This document shows, piece by piece, positions 27,801-36,834 of a stretch of DNA of 64,000 nucleotides. How positions within the stretch are numbered: the first letter of the stretch is position 1; each line of letters opens with the position of its first letter. The notes beneath the pieces were generated by a model that ran no database searches, was not told the DNA's origin, and worked only from the letters and a program-made list of their open reading frames with translations. This DNA comes from a virus. Lineage: Duplodnaviria > Caudoviricetes. Location of the stretch: positions 4,013 to 68,012 of the IMG/VR virus record IMGVR_UViG_2830022421_000002; one strand, given 5' to 3'. Made by a program: the position numbers and the translations under genes.

Positions 27801-28841
27801 AACCAATTGGGTATTATATTTTATTTCATCTGAGAGGCTTTTTATATCAGCTTTCAGTTCTCTCTCTACTACTTGATGATTCGCTCTTCTTTTTATATAG
27901 TCGTCTTGAGTGATATTACCAGCTTTATATTCTTTATCTAATTCCTTTAATGATAATTGCGTTCCAGATAACTCTAATTGAAGCGCGGACAATGTCCTGT
28001 ATTGCTGCTGCAACTTAATATCCAAGGAGTCAAACGCGCCGGAAGAAATTTCTTTTATTGTCTTCCCCGTTTGCCCGTATTCTTCCCGTATTTTTTCTAA
28101 AGATGCATTTGTATTCTCATAAAGAACATCAAGATCCGACATCGCAGATTTATACTCTTCATGTGAAATAATACCTGCCCCTAGCGCATCTTTATAATTA
28201 TTCTGAGCATCGGTTATCTGCACAAGCCTACTATTCCCCTCATTCAAGGCTGCAGTGATCGAACTAATGCCTGATTCTGATTCCTGAAGAAGACCAGATA
28301 TATCCGCTGATTCTTTTAAGTTTCTAATATTCTGGGAGGATGATTCCAAAAGAATATTCAATCTTCTTAGTTGACTCTCTCTTGTTTCTGCCTGATCAAA
28401 ATTATTGGGCTCCTTTGTTTCATTTTGGAGGTCTTCAAGGCTTTTTTTTACAGTTTCATTTGCTTTGGCTAAATTTTGCTGCTCTTTTACCGTGTCTCTT
28501 ATTTCCTTTCTTTTATTTTGATATTCTATTTTAAGCTTTTCAATTTGTTTTACCTCTTCGCTTTGGAGATCAATTATTTTTTGTTCCCATTTTGTCCTTT
28601 CGTCCAACAATTTTGTGTTGTTGGCTATTTCGATATTAACCTTTTTCTCTAATTCGTTCTGTTTATTAATTATATCTGATAGAGACTTGTATGAATTCCC
28701 TGTTTTAATAAGCTCTGTGGTTAACTTCTGAGCATCGGTCAGAAGCTTCTCCATATTCTCGGCTGAAGTCGTAATTTTCCCATTAAAATCATCCAATTCC
28801 TTGAGGGTAGATACCGGAATTAATTCATTTGTATTTGCCAT
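24822..28841 (-). CDS. Tape measure protein, 1339 aa
   Basis: Longest ORF, coiled-coil and Ala-rich, TM-like segments, C-terminal YAEGTDDHKGGRAIVGDGG. Confidence 0.85.
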   Translation of the reverse strand: MANTNELIPVSTLKELDDFNGKITTSAENMEKLLTDAQKLTTELIKTGNSYKSLSDIINKQNELEKKVNIEIANNTKLLDERTKWEQKIIDLQSEEVKQIEKLKIEYQNKRKEIRDTVKEQQNLAKANETVKKSLEDLQNETKEPNNFDQAETRESQLRRLNILLESSSQNIRNLKESADISGLLQESESGISSITAALNEGNSRLVQITDAQNNYKDALGAGIISHEEYKSAMSDLDVLYENTNASLEKIREEYGQTGKTIKEISSGAFDSLDIKLQQQYRTLSALQLELSGTQLSLKELDKEYKAGNITQDDYIKRRANHQVVERELKADIKSLSDEIKYNTQLVNSAVGSYENISAQYYLLKIRINQMGEAEGDNIEIKRQLEVQSKALYEQMSNLQKATGKHQLDVGKYDIAVRDLTKTISLLDPKLGVIINKIQQISPLKNAWIDINGKLAKSLNITTKAATALQIIGIIALIGAIYLGVKALQEWYDSTQKIEKGLREFNTSLENTSSTFSSQIALVSRLKLQWDSLGDSLQEKEKFIKNNKNEFNSLGLEINNVSSAEKFFRDDTERFIKSLALRAKAAAAASLAAEEYRKSILKQAEIDQKSEHGLTLWETIKARWQSFDLRSGKVGTEEEIINGYIDTLKDEKNISDDLAESYNGLEAAFLSEAAALTTGIDALNKKTNADKKRAEEIKKRAEAEKKAYEELALFEIQQRAEAQKQILNDNKRSFQDREAALNHFISNQKLSIETAAANQLKTENLTKSQIELINLKKQAELAKIDQEGAKFREQITKDYVTQQQKVLNDAYNERIRFIDSGESESFKLLSDQLAQGVISQEEYEKSKLNLSKHFAKKRFDAEVDSLRLVIDLYKSSQKEFAGTKMSELFQGNVDLLSRPLVDAAKLVEKGWEDAGEGIATVFSSQYGIIDSNGKEIEILVTPILPDGTVLSQGELEDYIDNILDGADDILAADNKGIVIAVDVDRDGKAGEQLHQLQEQYYELGETSKEVSEIEKKILDAEVKYNKSINQQKIKDDEDAAKKRLDVEKKLADERKKLLEDLYKQSFELVGALGRAETERNLQKLEQESQDNDKWREGELRKIQEKENSGVLTEQQAEAQRLIIEQQSEERENAIEERKKKIQRDQAEREKQMALLQLAVETAMAVGKIRAQAAVLAANPVTAALAAVAYAQIPIVLASAAVQATTISAQSIPEYAEGTDDHKGGRAIVGDGGRSELIITPSGEVFVTPKTPTLVDLPKHTVVLPDMEKALPLMAMTHLIDRKAQDKIVVAENKRQIQLQEENNHLLKKIAKGNPRLPKSTFITTSGNYIINKNMNYGNN

Positions 28842-29490
28842 AATTCTGATTTTTAGATATTGATTGATTGAATATTTTTAGGTAAGAAGCATATTGGGCC
28901 AAGGTGATATTCATATCTATATTGAATTTGAAATGAGAACTAAGAATAGCCAGATGGTCATTATAGTATTGAGGCGTCGGTTTATCTGCTTTCTCTGATG
29001 CAGATTTATTATATTTTTTCATATCCTTGTTCATGTTTATAACCTTACTTTTTATAATACCTTCCAGGCGTTTCAGAAATTTATTCCTATTGTATGATAC
29101 ATCTATTATACCCTGCGATTTCAGATAATTAATAGCCGTATCTGAATCACCCAATAACAATAATCTGTGACTCATCTGCAGACAATTGATCTGTATACGA
29201 TATACATGGATGTTTTTCAAAACTATATTCATGGCTGCTGTGTGTGGATTCCCTGACAACTCGGAGAACTCAATTATCAGAGACATTTTTGTCTTATTTA
29301 ATATATCATCAGATGGATATCCATCTATCACCAATGCCTTCAGGTTATCACGACATACTAAATCGACATAAACCCACAAAGGACATTTATTGCATGTGTC
29401 ATACAGGGTATACGATTCGCTTTGCTTCCCCTTTCGGATCTTTTTGCCAGCAATCAAATCCATCATACGTTGTTTTCCCTTCATATTCAT
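28825..29490 (-). CDS. Putative tail assembly chaperone
   Basis: Immediately upstream of the tape measure gene; start uncertain. Confidence 0.45.
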   Translation of the reverse strand: MNMKGKQRMMDLIAGKKIRKGKQSESYTLYDTCNKCPLWVYVDLVCRDNLKALVIDGYPSDDILNKTKMSLIIEFSELSGNPHTAAMNIVLKNIHVYRIQINCLQMSHRLLLLGDSDTAINYLKSQGIIDVSYNRNKFLKRLEGIIKSKVINMNKDMKKYNKSASEKADKPTPQYYNDHLAILSSHFKFNIDMNITLAQYASYLKIFNQSISKNQNYGKYK

Positions 29491-29590
29491 ATATTATATA
29501 TTTTCTATTTTCTCTATTAGCTTCATTCTGTGCCATCAAAAACACTTCATCTACTGTCGCTTTTATATTCTTTCCGCAGTTGCAGCTCAT
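29399..29590 (-). CDS. Small phage protein (MSCNCGK...), 63 aa
   Basis: Overlapping start/stop with neighbouring genes. Confidence 0.5.
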   Translation of the reverse strand: MSCNCGKNIKATVDEVFLMAQNEANRENRKYIIYEYEGKTTYDGFDCWQKDPKGEAKRIVYPV

Positions 29591-30105
29591 AATCCTAAAT
29601 GTTTCAATAGTTCTTTCCTTAAATATTCCTGCCAGAAATACTCTTTTGATTTTGGCGCTAATCCAAATACTTTATTGTTGTATTTCTTTTCTATGTCCTT
29701 AGATTCTACATATGTAGATTCTATCGTATATTGGCCGTTCCCAGTTGTTATAAACATATGGTCATGGAAAGATCCTGTCACAATAAGGTTTGGCACATTC
29801 TTCGGCTTTTCAGGATATAAATAGACAGGGTTCCAAATAAAACTTCGGTGCTCACCCTCTAGGCGGTATTTCATCCCGGCATACCAGTCGGCCTGATCTT
29901 TTGTCTTAAAATAGGGATCTTGCTGATAAGTAGGGGAAAATAATTCTCCATCTGTATTTCTACCAAGCAGCATTTGATCTCGATTTAACGATTTCAATAT
30001 ATCAGCATTATCGCTGACAACCTTATCCGCTACTTGAGGGATTTCTTTTATTGCTTGCGACAACTTATTAAATTGTCTTATCTTATTTCTTAATTGTTGT
30101 TTCAT
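29587..30105 (-). CDS. Neck/tail-completion protein (HK97 gp10-like position), 172 aa
   Basis: Synteny; PNLIVTGSFH motif. Confidence 0.45.
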   Translation of the reverse strand: MKQQLRNKIRQFNKLSQAIKEIPQVADKVVSDNADILKSLNRDQMLLGRNTDGELFSPTYQQDPYFKTKDQADWYAGMKYRLEGEHRSFIWNPVYLYPEKPKNVPNLIVTGSFHDHMFITTGNGQYTIESTYVESKDIEKKYNNKVFGLAPKSKEYFWQEYLRKELLKHLGL

Positions 30106-30172
30106 AACCTAAAAAGGGGCGGGATATAATCCCAACCCCTTTAAATAAGAACCTAATTATATGAACCAAAGA

Positions 30173-30361
30173 CTACTCTTTTTCTTTAGGCGGGAACATT
30201 GCATCATATGCATCCGAGAATGCCTCTTTCTGCTTTTCTTCATCAATTCCTGTCCATTTATGATATTCAATCATGGCCTTAACAAATGCAGCTTTATTTC
30301 TGTATTTCCTGGCCTGATCTTTTGATATACGGACCTCATTTCGGCCTAAATTTACTTTCAT
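30173..30361 (-). CDS. Hypothetical protein, 62 aa
   Basis: ATGA overlap with the major tail gene. Confidence 0.5.
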   Translation of the reverse strand: MKVNLGRNEVRISKDQARKYRNKAAFVKAMIEYHKWTGIDEEKQKEAFSDAYDAMFPPKEKE

Positions 30362-31227
30362 GCCAAATCTACCATTTGTTCAACACCATCTAAACCATAT
30401 ATATCTGACTCCTCCAAAGCCGAAGCTGATTTTATACGATATGATGCAACAGGGGCAAAAGTCAATAGTCCGGTATCCTGATTAATCGTAACAGTTTCCG
30501 GTGAAGCACCCGCTAGATTGACGAACATCTCCGGTTGCCAGTCATAACTAGATGTATAATCATCTCCTCCGCAAGTACTAACGACTTTCGCTGTTCCGGT
30601 AGCATTCCCTTTCTCCAGGATAATTCCTATGAGTCCGTCAGGCACTGAAGGTATTTCGAATGCGTTGGCATTTATATATTCCTTTTCGTTATTGGCCGAA
30701 TACCATACGCCAAGATAAGGATATCCGAATGTGGAGCCATCAGTAGCTTTCGCCGGGTATGCATAAGTTATGGCCTCAAATCCTACAAAATAATCAGTAT
30801 CTCCTACTGTTTTCACAGTTCCAAAAATAAATCCTTCATCATCGATACGGAAAACGCGAACTTTCCGCTTATTCAATCTTGAAGCTTCCTTATAGAAACA
30901 TAACCCAGCCTCTATCCTATACATTTCGTTCGGGGCTGATAATCCTGTTACCATGGTTCCTCCGAAACCAAGATCGCTAGTCTGTACCTCTCCGCCAGCT
31001 CTGGTGTTTTCAAATATTCCTTTTATGGGGAACATTCTTTGATTGCCTTGCGCTGATACCCATCCCTGTAATCCTGCTTTGAAAGCCTCAGAATCCAAAG
31101 GATATTGCGCATCATATGCTGTGATCATCAACGCTACTGTCTTTCCTTCGTTTTTGGGACAGTTTCCTATACCTGTTCTTGGTATACCAGAACCACAGTT
31201 TCCTATTATTTTTCCTAAATATGTCAT
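30358..31227 (-). CDS. Major tail (tube) protein, 289 aa
   Basis: Synteny, size and beta-rich composition. Confidence 0.6.
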   Translation of the reverse strand: MTYLGKIIGNCGSGIPRTGIGNCPKNEGKTVALMITAYDAQYPLDSEAFKAGLQGWVSAQGNQRMFPIKGIFENTRAGGEVQTSDLGFGGTMVTGLSAPNEMYRIEAGLCFYKEASRLNKRKVRVFRIDDEGFIFGTVKTVGDTDYFVGFEAITYAYPAKATDGSTFGYPYLGVWYSANNEKEYINANAFEIPSVPDGLIGIILEKGNATGTAKVVSTCGGDDYTSSYDWQPEMFVNLAGASPETVTINQDTGLLTFAPVASYRIKSASALEESDIYGLDGVEQMVDLA

Positions 31228-31230
31228 TTT

Positions 31231-31851
31231 TTATACTTTTTCTGTTACTAAGTTGTTCTCATGTTCTATTCTCTTATATGTATTTCTACAAATATTTTTT
31301 AAACCTAAAGCCATACCATGAATCTCTATTGCATCTATATGATCTCCATACCGTTCTATCAATACGCCAGCTGAATCCCCGGTAGTGAATACTTCATACA
31401 TTTTGTGAGCAGGCGCCCCGAAATTCAAAGAAAAATAACCCGATTTTATTATTTGGTTTATAAATTCTTCGTATATAGGCCTCAATAATGGAATAAATAC
31501 TTGCTCCTCTCTTTCTTGTGTTAGCCATTCGCTTAGCACCGGACCAACAATACACAAATTGAAATGAAGTGTCGTGTTCAACCCGTTTTTGTCTTGTTTT
31601 ATTGGGTTTATATTGAATATGGAGGGGTATTTCAGGTTAGAACCATCTTTATTTTCACCAAGCGAGATAAATACGTTTGAAATCTCGTTCTGTGTTCCCG
31701 GATAGTGCCATAAACTAAATTCTCCTTCATAAAACAGATTAGGATTGTAATCATAGATAGAAAGGCCATCAAGAAAATTTTGATTATTTCTCAATGCTTC
31801 CCTCGTTCTGTAGACCAACGATCCTATTATCTTATTTGGCGATATAATCAT
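31231..31851 (-). CDS. Tail terminator-like protein, 206 aa
   Basis: Synteny only. Confidence 0.4.
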   Translation of the reverse strand: MIISPNKIIGSLVYRTREALRNNQNFLDGLSIYDYNPNLFYEGEFSLWHYPGTQNEISNVFISLGENKDGSNLKYPSIFNINPIKQDKNGLNTTLHFNLCIVGPVLSEWLTQEREEQVFIPLLRPIYEEFINQIIKSGYFSLNFGAPAHKMYEVFTTGDSAGVLIERYGDHIDAIEIHGMALGLKNICRNTYKRIEHENNLVTEKV

Positions 31852-32390
31852 ACATCCAATGCATTTATTAATCCAAAATCATAATGACAGAAGCGGCGGT
31901 CTGAATATGCTTTATAGGTATTCCAGTTAGGGGATAAGAAATTTTTATAGAAATAGCTTACATCATAATACATATCGTTCCATATCTTGGATAATTTGTC
32001 AGCGTCATCGACCATCACTGCGTGATCCTGTTTTGCTTTAACCTCTCCTTTGGTGGTTGTCTGTGTACGGCCCCGGCGATTCAAATAAAAATAGACATAG
32101 TTTGCTATCGGCGAATATTTATAATTATCTGTTTTGGTCATTAATGAACTTCTGAGCAGTTTCCATATTTCATTCACAGGATCTTCTCTCAACCCTTTAA
32201 TAAAATTGGATGCTAATTGTTTACCCAACAGATTATTTAAAAATTCTACTTCATATTTCTCTATGTACCATTCTAATGAATTTTCATTGACAGCCTGCAA
32301 CTGCTTAGCTACACCGACAGCGCTTGAAGATTTCTTCAAGCCTGCCAGGTATAACTCACCTTGGAAATATGTATTATCAAGAATTATCAT
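31848..32390 (-). CDS. Head-tail adaptor-like protein, 180 aa
   Basis: Synteny after the capsid gene; alpha-helical composition. Confidence 0.45.
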   Translation of the reverse strand: MIILDNTYFQGELYLAGLKKSSSAVGVAKQLQAVNENSLEWYIEKYEVEFLNNLLGKQLASNFIKGLREDPVNEIWKLLRSSLMTKTDNYKYSPIANYVYFYLNRRGRTQTTTKGEVKAKQDHAVMVDDADKLSKIWNDMYYDVSYFYKNFLSPNWNTYKAYSDRRFCHYDFGLINALDV

Positions 32391-32394
32391 ACGG

Positions 32395-32649
32395 TTAAGC
32401 TTTAGCGGCTTCTTTTTCCGTTACTTCTTTTATTCCCTCTTTCAGCTCTTTTACCTTTTGGGTAGTTGCTTCGTCGAGTTTAACTTTCCCCTGATCCGAC
32501 AGCTTCATAGCAATAGGTAGTGATACCAGTTTCTTATCGCCTTTCTTGTGATATGTTGTGTTCTTTGTGAATGTTACCTCATACACATCCGAAAGAGACA
32601 TAACAATACCTTTTCTGTCCTTTTGTGTATTCTTATTTGTTCTTTTCAT
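32395..32649 (-). CDS. Small head-associated protein, 84 aa
   Basis: Follows the capsid gene. Confidence 0.5.
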   Translation of the reverse strand: MKRTNKNTQKDRKGIVMSLSDVYEVTFTKNTTYHKKGDKKLVSLPIAMKLSDQGKVKLDEATTQKVKELKEGIKEVTEKEAAKA

Positions 32650-32701
32650 GAAATCTTTATTTTTTTAATTGAATACTTTATTGAATATAGAATTATGTAT
32701 C

Positions 32702-34207
32702 CTAGGGATTACTGGGAGCGGCAGCCTCTATTGCCTCCATAATAGTTTCGTATTCTCCTTTTATAAAGGCTGATAAATAATTCGATTTGATGTACGCCAA
32801 CAATCGCTTCTCACCAATCATAGTTACCATATTCTTGGTAAAGTCATCGTTTTCCCAACCAAACTCGATGGTCAAAGGAATATAATCGCGAATATTCAGG
32901 TAACTGAAGTCTCCTAAAACGAAAGATCCTTGATCTACGGATGGTGATGCTGCAATACGAAGCCCGGATATGATTTCACCATTAGCAAGGGAGAAGGGTG
33001 GAAACAAGTATTGCCCGTTAGCATCTTTTGTAAGACGCATATTTGCCAGGTCTATAGGGTTTACTCGCACTAAGTTAGGACGATAGTTCATCTTAGATAC
33101 CGATACAACCTGTGTATAAGCAGCTATAATCGCATCAAAATAGTTTGGTGTGGCAACAGACAGTCCGGTCAATGTAAATTCGGGGATGTTTGTGAATACT
33201 CCTAGAATTTCTCCGTCTGTACCTGTACCATAAAGGATTCCATTTTCCTCTTCCAGCCCTATGCGGTTAATCACCTCGGCTCTAATTTCAGCAACCACCT
33301 GAGGGAGATCGACAAGTGTTTCTTCTGTTAATTTAACCGTAAGCGCTACTTTTCCGGCATTAATGGTTATTTCCCTTACTTTTGCATCCATCGATGGTTT
33401 TAATCCACCTTCCGGAACCCATTCAGCATCACCATTGATGTCATATAGTTCACCATAAGTAACAGTACGTGAACCAATACGTGCCACATTGGCATATTGC
33501 CGTAGATCACTTTCATACCTTGGAGGCGCAGATATAGATGGGTCGATCTCAACACCAGCAATCAGATTTGCTCCGGCTGTAGTCACAGCTGCTTTAGTGA
33601 GGAAAAGGGTTATTGTTTTCCGCTTTCCATTATCTGATGCTTTACAGGCTGCTTTCATATCCACCACTTCGCGCCCGGTGGAATCCTTCGAAATAAATCC
33701 TTCGAATTGCTCTCGGATCTGCTCGTCTAATGTTTTAACAACGATCTTTCCATTACTGCCTCTTTCTGTTGCTGATTTCAAACCGATAAGAGTTGAATTG
33801 AGTTCTTTTTTATAATCAGCCAGCTCTTTTTTAACTTCCTCGCTCAGATCCTTTCTATCTTCTAATTCTTTTAATTTGGTTTGTGCTTTCTGAAAACTAT
33901 CCTGTAGTGTCTTCAGATCGATTTCACTTTCGAGATATTTTTTCACACTCTCTCCCATAGCCTTCCCCATGGCCTCGTCGAAATTTTCGAAGAAAGTTTT
34001 TTGGTCTTCTGTCAAGCTGTCTTTATCCAGATATGCCATCAATCCAAATCCTGCCATCGATACGCCTGCTCCAATAGGACTAACAGCAATAAAGCTGATA
34101 GCTATAATTGCAACAATGACAATTCCGAAAATAGAGCATACCAGTTGAAACCTGCGTTTTCTTCCTAGCATGCTGTTCTGTTTTAATTCTCTTAAATACT
34201 TTTTCAT
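32702..34207 (-). CDS. Major capsid protein (HK97 fold) with delta domain and hydrophobic N-terminus, 501 aa
   Basis: EWVPEGGLKP, KLTEETLVD, LYGTGTDGEILG, PSVDQGSFVLGDF, FTKNMVTMIGEKR. Confidence 0.9.
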   Translation of the reverse strand: MKKYLRELKQNSMLGRKRRFQLVCSIFGIVIVAIIAISFIAVSPIGAGVSMAGFGLMAYLDKDSLTEDQKTFFENFDEAMGKAMGESVKKYLESEIDLKTLQDSFQKAQTKLKELEDRKDLSEEVKKELADYKKELNSTLIGLKSATERGSNGKIVVKTLDEQIREQFEGFISKDSTGREVVDMKAACKASDNGKRKTITLFLTKAAVTTAGANLIAGVEIDPSISAPPRYESDLRQYANVARIGSRTVTYGELYDINGDAEWVPEGGLKPSMDAKVREITINAGKVALTVKLTEETLVDLPQVVAEIRAEVINRIGLEEENGILYGTGTDGEILGVFTNIPEFTLTGLSVATPNYFDAIIAAYTQVVSVSKMNYRPNLVRVNPIDLANMRLTKDANGQYLFPPFSLANGEIISGLRIAASPSVDQGSFVLGDFSYLNIRDYIPLTIEFGWENDDFTKNMVTMIGEKRLLAYIKSNYLSAFIKGEYETIMEAIEAAAPSNP

Positions 34208-34211
34208 TTTC

Positions 34212-34970
34212 TCATTTTTTGATGTTATTAAACTTCACACCCGAAAACAAGTCTTCTGTTCCGGCGGCTTGCTTTCTGTTAAGTGGACTCCTGGGATGGC
34301 CTTTCTGCCCATCAACCGGCTTAACGTTAGCAAGTGCCCATGTTTTAGAGAGTAACCCCTGTATTGCGGATCGCTTATTTATTGTTAAATCTTTTAATTC
34401 ACTTGTTATTTGCTCCTGTAGTTGCTGATAAGCATCATCTATCTGATCTGTCGATTTCAGTCCGGTGTATTCTGTTTCACCATTACAACCTATCGACACG
34501 ACAGATATTTCATAAAGAATAACTTCGTTTACAACAAACACTTCCTGTCCATCGACTTCTTTCCATTCGCATTTCGCCCATACATATTCATACCCGATAG
34601 AGAACTGGTTAAGCGTTCCTGATTCAAGCTGGATAAGAGCTCTGTCACCAAGTTCTATTTTGTCAATGACAGCTTCGAAGTATAGACCTTTATCGTTTTC
34701 CTCCAGTTTAGTTATTCGGCCAATAGGCTCTGCCATATTATGCATCCAAAGCAGGATTATTTTGTCATTAGCATTGCTCAAAGGACCTCTTTCCCTTATT
34801 GATTTAGCAAAGCATCCTTTTATAAGCATATCCCATACTTTATCCACATTGCCGAATATTGCGGCATACCCACTTATAGTCCGGCTTTCTTTATCAAAAG
34901 TATATTCCTTTATTTCAAAGGACTTGTATTGCTTACCTATCGTTTTTTTGTTATTCTTGCTCATCTGCAT
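34212..34970 (-). CDS. HK97-type prohead protease, 252 aa
   Basis: ISGYAAIFGNVD, LLWMHN, GLYFEA, QFSIGY, YEISVV. Confidence 0.9.
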   Translation of the reverse strand: MQMSKNNKKTIGKQYKSFEIKEYTFDKESRTISGYAAIFGNVDKVWDMLIKGCFAKSIRERGPLSNANDKIILLWMHNMAEPIGRITKLEENDKGLYFEAVIDKIELGDRALIQLESGTLNQFSIGYEYVWAKCEWKEVDGQEVFVVNEVILYEISVVSIGCNGETEYTGLKSTDQIDDAYQQLQEQITSELKDLTINKRSAIQGLLSKTWALANVKPVDGQKGHPRSPLNRKQAAGTEDLFSGVKFNNIKK

Positions 34971-36285
34971 TTTCGTTTGGATTGATATCTAAATATTCAG
35001 CTAATTTTATACGCGCCTCTCTTTTTGTAATAAGCCCGTCATTAAACAGTTCAAGTATAGATGACGATGCATTTTTCAATGTTGTGGATTCTGCTTGTTT
35101 ATCTTTTTGCAAGGATGCTACATGGGAATAATCCATTTTTATAACTAATCCTTCTGGGCAGATAGCATTAGTTATTGTTTCAGATATATTTTCAGCATCT
35201 GGGATTATGAGATCCATATAAGCCGACCGTTTGGCGGCATCTTTATTATCATATTTACTATCTGAAGAGAAAAGACTGGGATCTAATCCTATAGCATTAG
35301 ATACAAGATTAAGGCATGATTTGTCCTCTTCATGTAATTTCAACTGGTCAACATTGAATGTCAAAGGAATCCAGCCTACTTTTTTTTGAGTTACCCAGAT
35401 AGAAAACAATTTGTTTACAATACCATATTTACTTTTAAACTTATCATTCAACTCATTTTTTTCTTTCTCTGTAAGGGCCGCATTCTGGAACTCGGAGTTA
35501 TCATTATTGTATATTATACCTTTGGGGCCACCATGCTTAATAAGCGTTCCCCTGCCTATCATTTGAGCCATCCAGTTATTTACCGGATGCGACAGAGAGT
35601 CGCCGATGTAGTCATATACTATTTCCGAATTTATTCCCGTCGATATACATATCTCCGAATCTACGATAACAAAGAAATCTTCCTCCTCTAACTCAAGCTG
35701 TTCACCGTTCCAATCAATATAGGTTTTGCTGATAACCTCTTTTAATTCGGTTTGTTTCCATATTTTACCAGTAGATACCTGATGAAATAATTCGGGAGGA
35801 ATAATGACCATTGAGACCGGAATTGAGTTTTTTGTAGCCCTCAATGTAAATACTGGGCAATATCCAAAAGCTTTTAGGCAAACTTCCACTTGCTTAAAGA
35901 ACGATTTTCCAGATTGTAAGACATTTGGCTTTTTAATCAGACTTCTTATATCTTCGGCAGTATTTTCTTTAACCTCATTGCCGTCTTTATCCTGCACATA
36001 GTATTTAGCATTGGACAAGAAAGAGCCACACCTGTTAACCACTAACGAAAAAGGAGTACACACTCTAAGAGCTAATCTCTTGTGTGCGTCTTTTTGCATA
36101 TCAAAGTCAATCTTATTATTCTTGTCTCCACCTTTTATTAACCCATTCCAATCACCTAGTAGTTCGTTCAGATACCACCAATTCCCGTCTTTATCCCGTC
36201 CAGCAAATGATGCATCATCATACATTTGTTTTCGGCGAACAAATGGCGACTGAAATTTTAAAGGAAAACGAAAGTATTTTGACAT
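34951..36285 (-). CDS. Portal protein, 444 aa
   Basis: PNVLQSGKSFF, HGGPKGII; position between terminase and protease. Confidence 0.85.
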   Translation of the reverse strand: MSKYFRFPLKFQSPFVRRKQMYDDASFAGRDKDGNWWYLNELLGDWNGLIKGGDKNNKIDFDMQKDAHKRLALRVCTPFSLVVNRCGSFLSNAKYYVQDKDGNEVKENTAEDIRSLIKKPNVLQSGKSFFKQVEVCLKAFGYCPVFTLRATKNSIPVSMVIIPPELFHQVSTGKIWKQTELKEVISKTYIDWNGEQLELEEEDFFVIVDSEICISTGINSEIVYDYIGDSLSHPVNNWMAQMIGRGTLIKHGGPKGIIYNNDNSEFQNAALTEKEKNELNDKFKSKYGIVNKLFSIWVTQKKVGWIPLTFNVDQLKLHEEDKSCLNLVSNAIGLDPSLFSSDSKYDNKDAAKRSAYMDLIIPDAENISETITNAICPEGLVIKMDYSHVASLQKDKQAESTTLKNASSSILELFNDGLITKREARIKLAEYLDINPNENADEQE

Positions 36286-36291
36286 AAAAAT

Positions 36292-36334
36292 ATATTCTGT
36301 TTCCTTTAAAATATAAGCTGAAATAAAAAATCCC
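36292..36334 (-). repeat. 43-bp leader, copy 2 (upstream of portal)
   Basis: 42/43 identical to 17955-17997; preceded on the minus strand by a hairpin at ~36330-36350. Confidence 0.75.
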
Positions 36335-36375
36335 GCCTTTTAGGCAGGATAGGTATATAAATTTATAATTAGACC

Positions 36376-36834
36376 TTAATCTCTCTTCACAATCCTATAA
36401 TATTTGCCAATATCACATAATACATCCACAACTATATTATATTTATCCATTTTATTAAACGATTCGAACATTGTCATAAACTGCACATATTCTTCTGTTT
36501 TCGTTTTTCTGAAGACAAAAGATTTTATACTATTTTCCTGGGTAGCCAGCCGATGCTCAAATTTTTTCTTTTCCAAATACAGAAATACATCCACATTTAA
36601 GTCGGATCTTAGAGTAAAGGCCTCCTGGATATATATCGATGCATCGAACCGGACAGAAACTACCGGATAGTTTTCCTCCTTATTCTTCAATATAAATTTA
36701 ATTTTATTTATACAATCAGTTATATTATCCAACATATACGCCTGGTGGATATATACTTTATTATCCTTGATAAAAAATAACACAATACAACATTCATCAG
36801 TTGACGGCTTTACTATCATAATTAACTCATTCAT
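36376..36834 (-). CDS. Hypothetical protein resembling a degenerate terminase nuclease domain, 152 aa
   Basis: TAATG coupling to terL; colinear resemblance to the TerL C-terminal domain by eye. Confidence 0.5.
   Translation of the reverse strand: MNELIMIVKPSTDECCIVLFFIKDNKVYIHQAYMLDNITDCINKIKFILKNKEENYPVVSVRFDASIYIQEAFTLRSDLNVDVFLYLEKKKFEHRLATQENSIKSFVFRKTKTEEYVQFMTMFESFNKMDKYNIVVDVLCDIGKYYRIVKRD

Noticed and set aside
28825-30361. Programmed frameshift in the tail chaperone genes
   Set aside because: No convincing slippery site linking overlapping frames was identified by eye.
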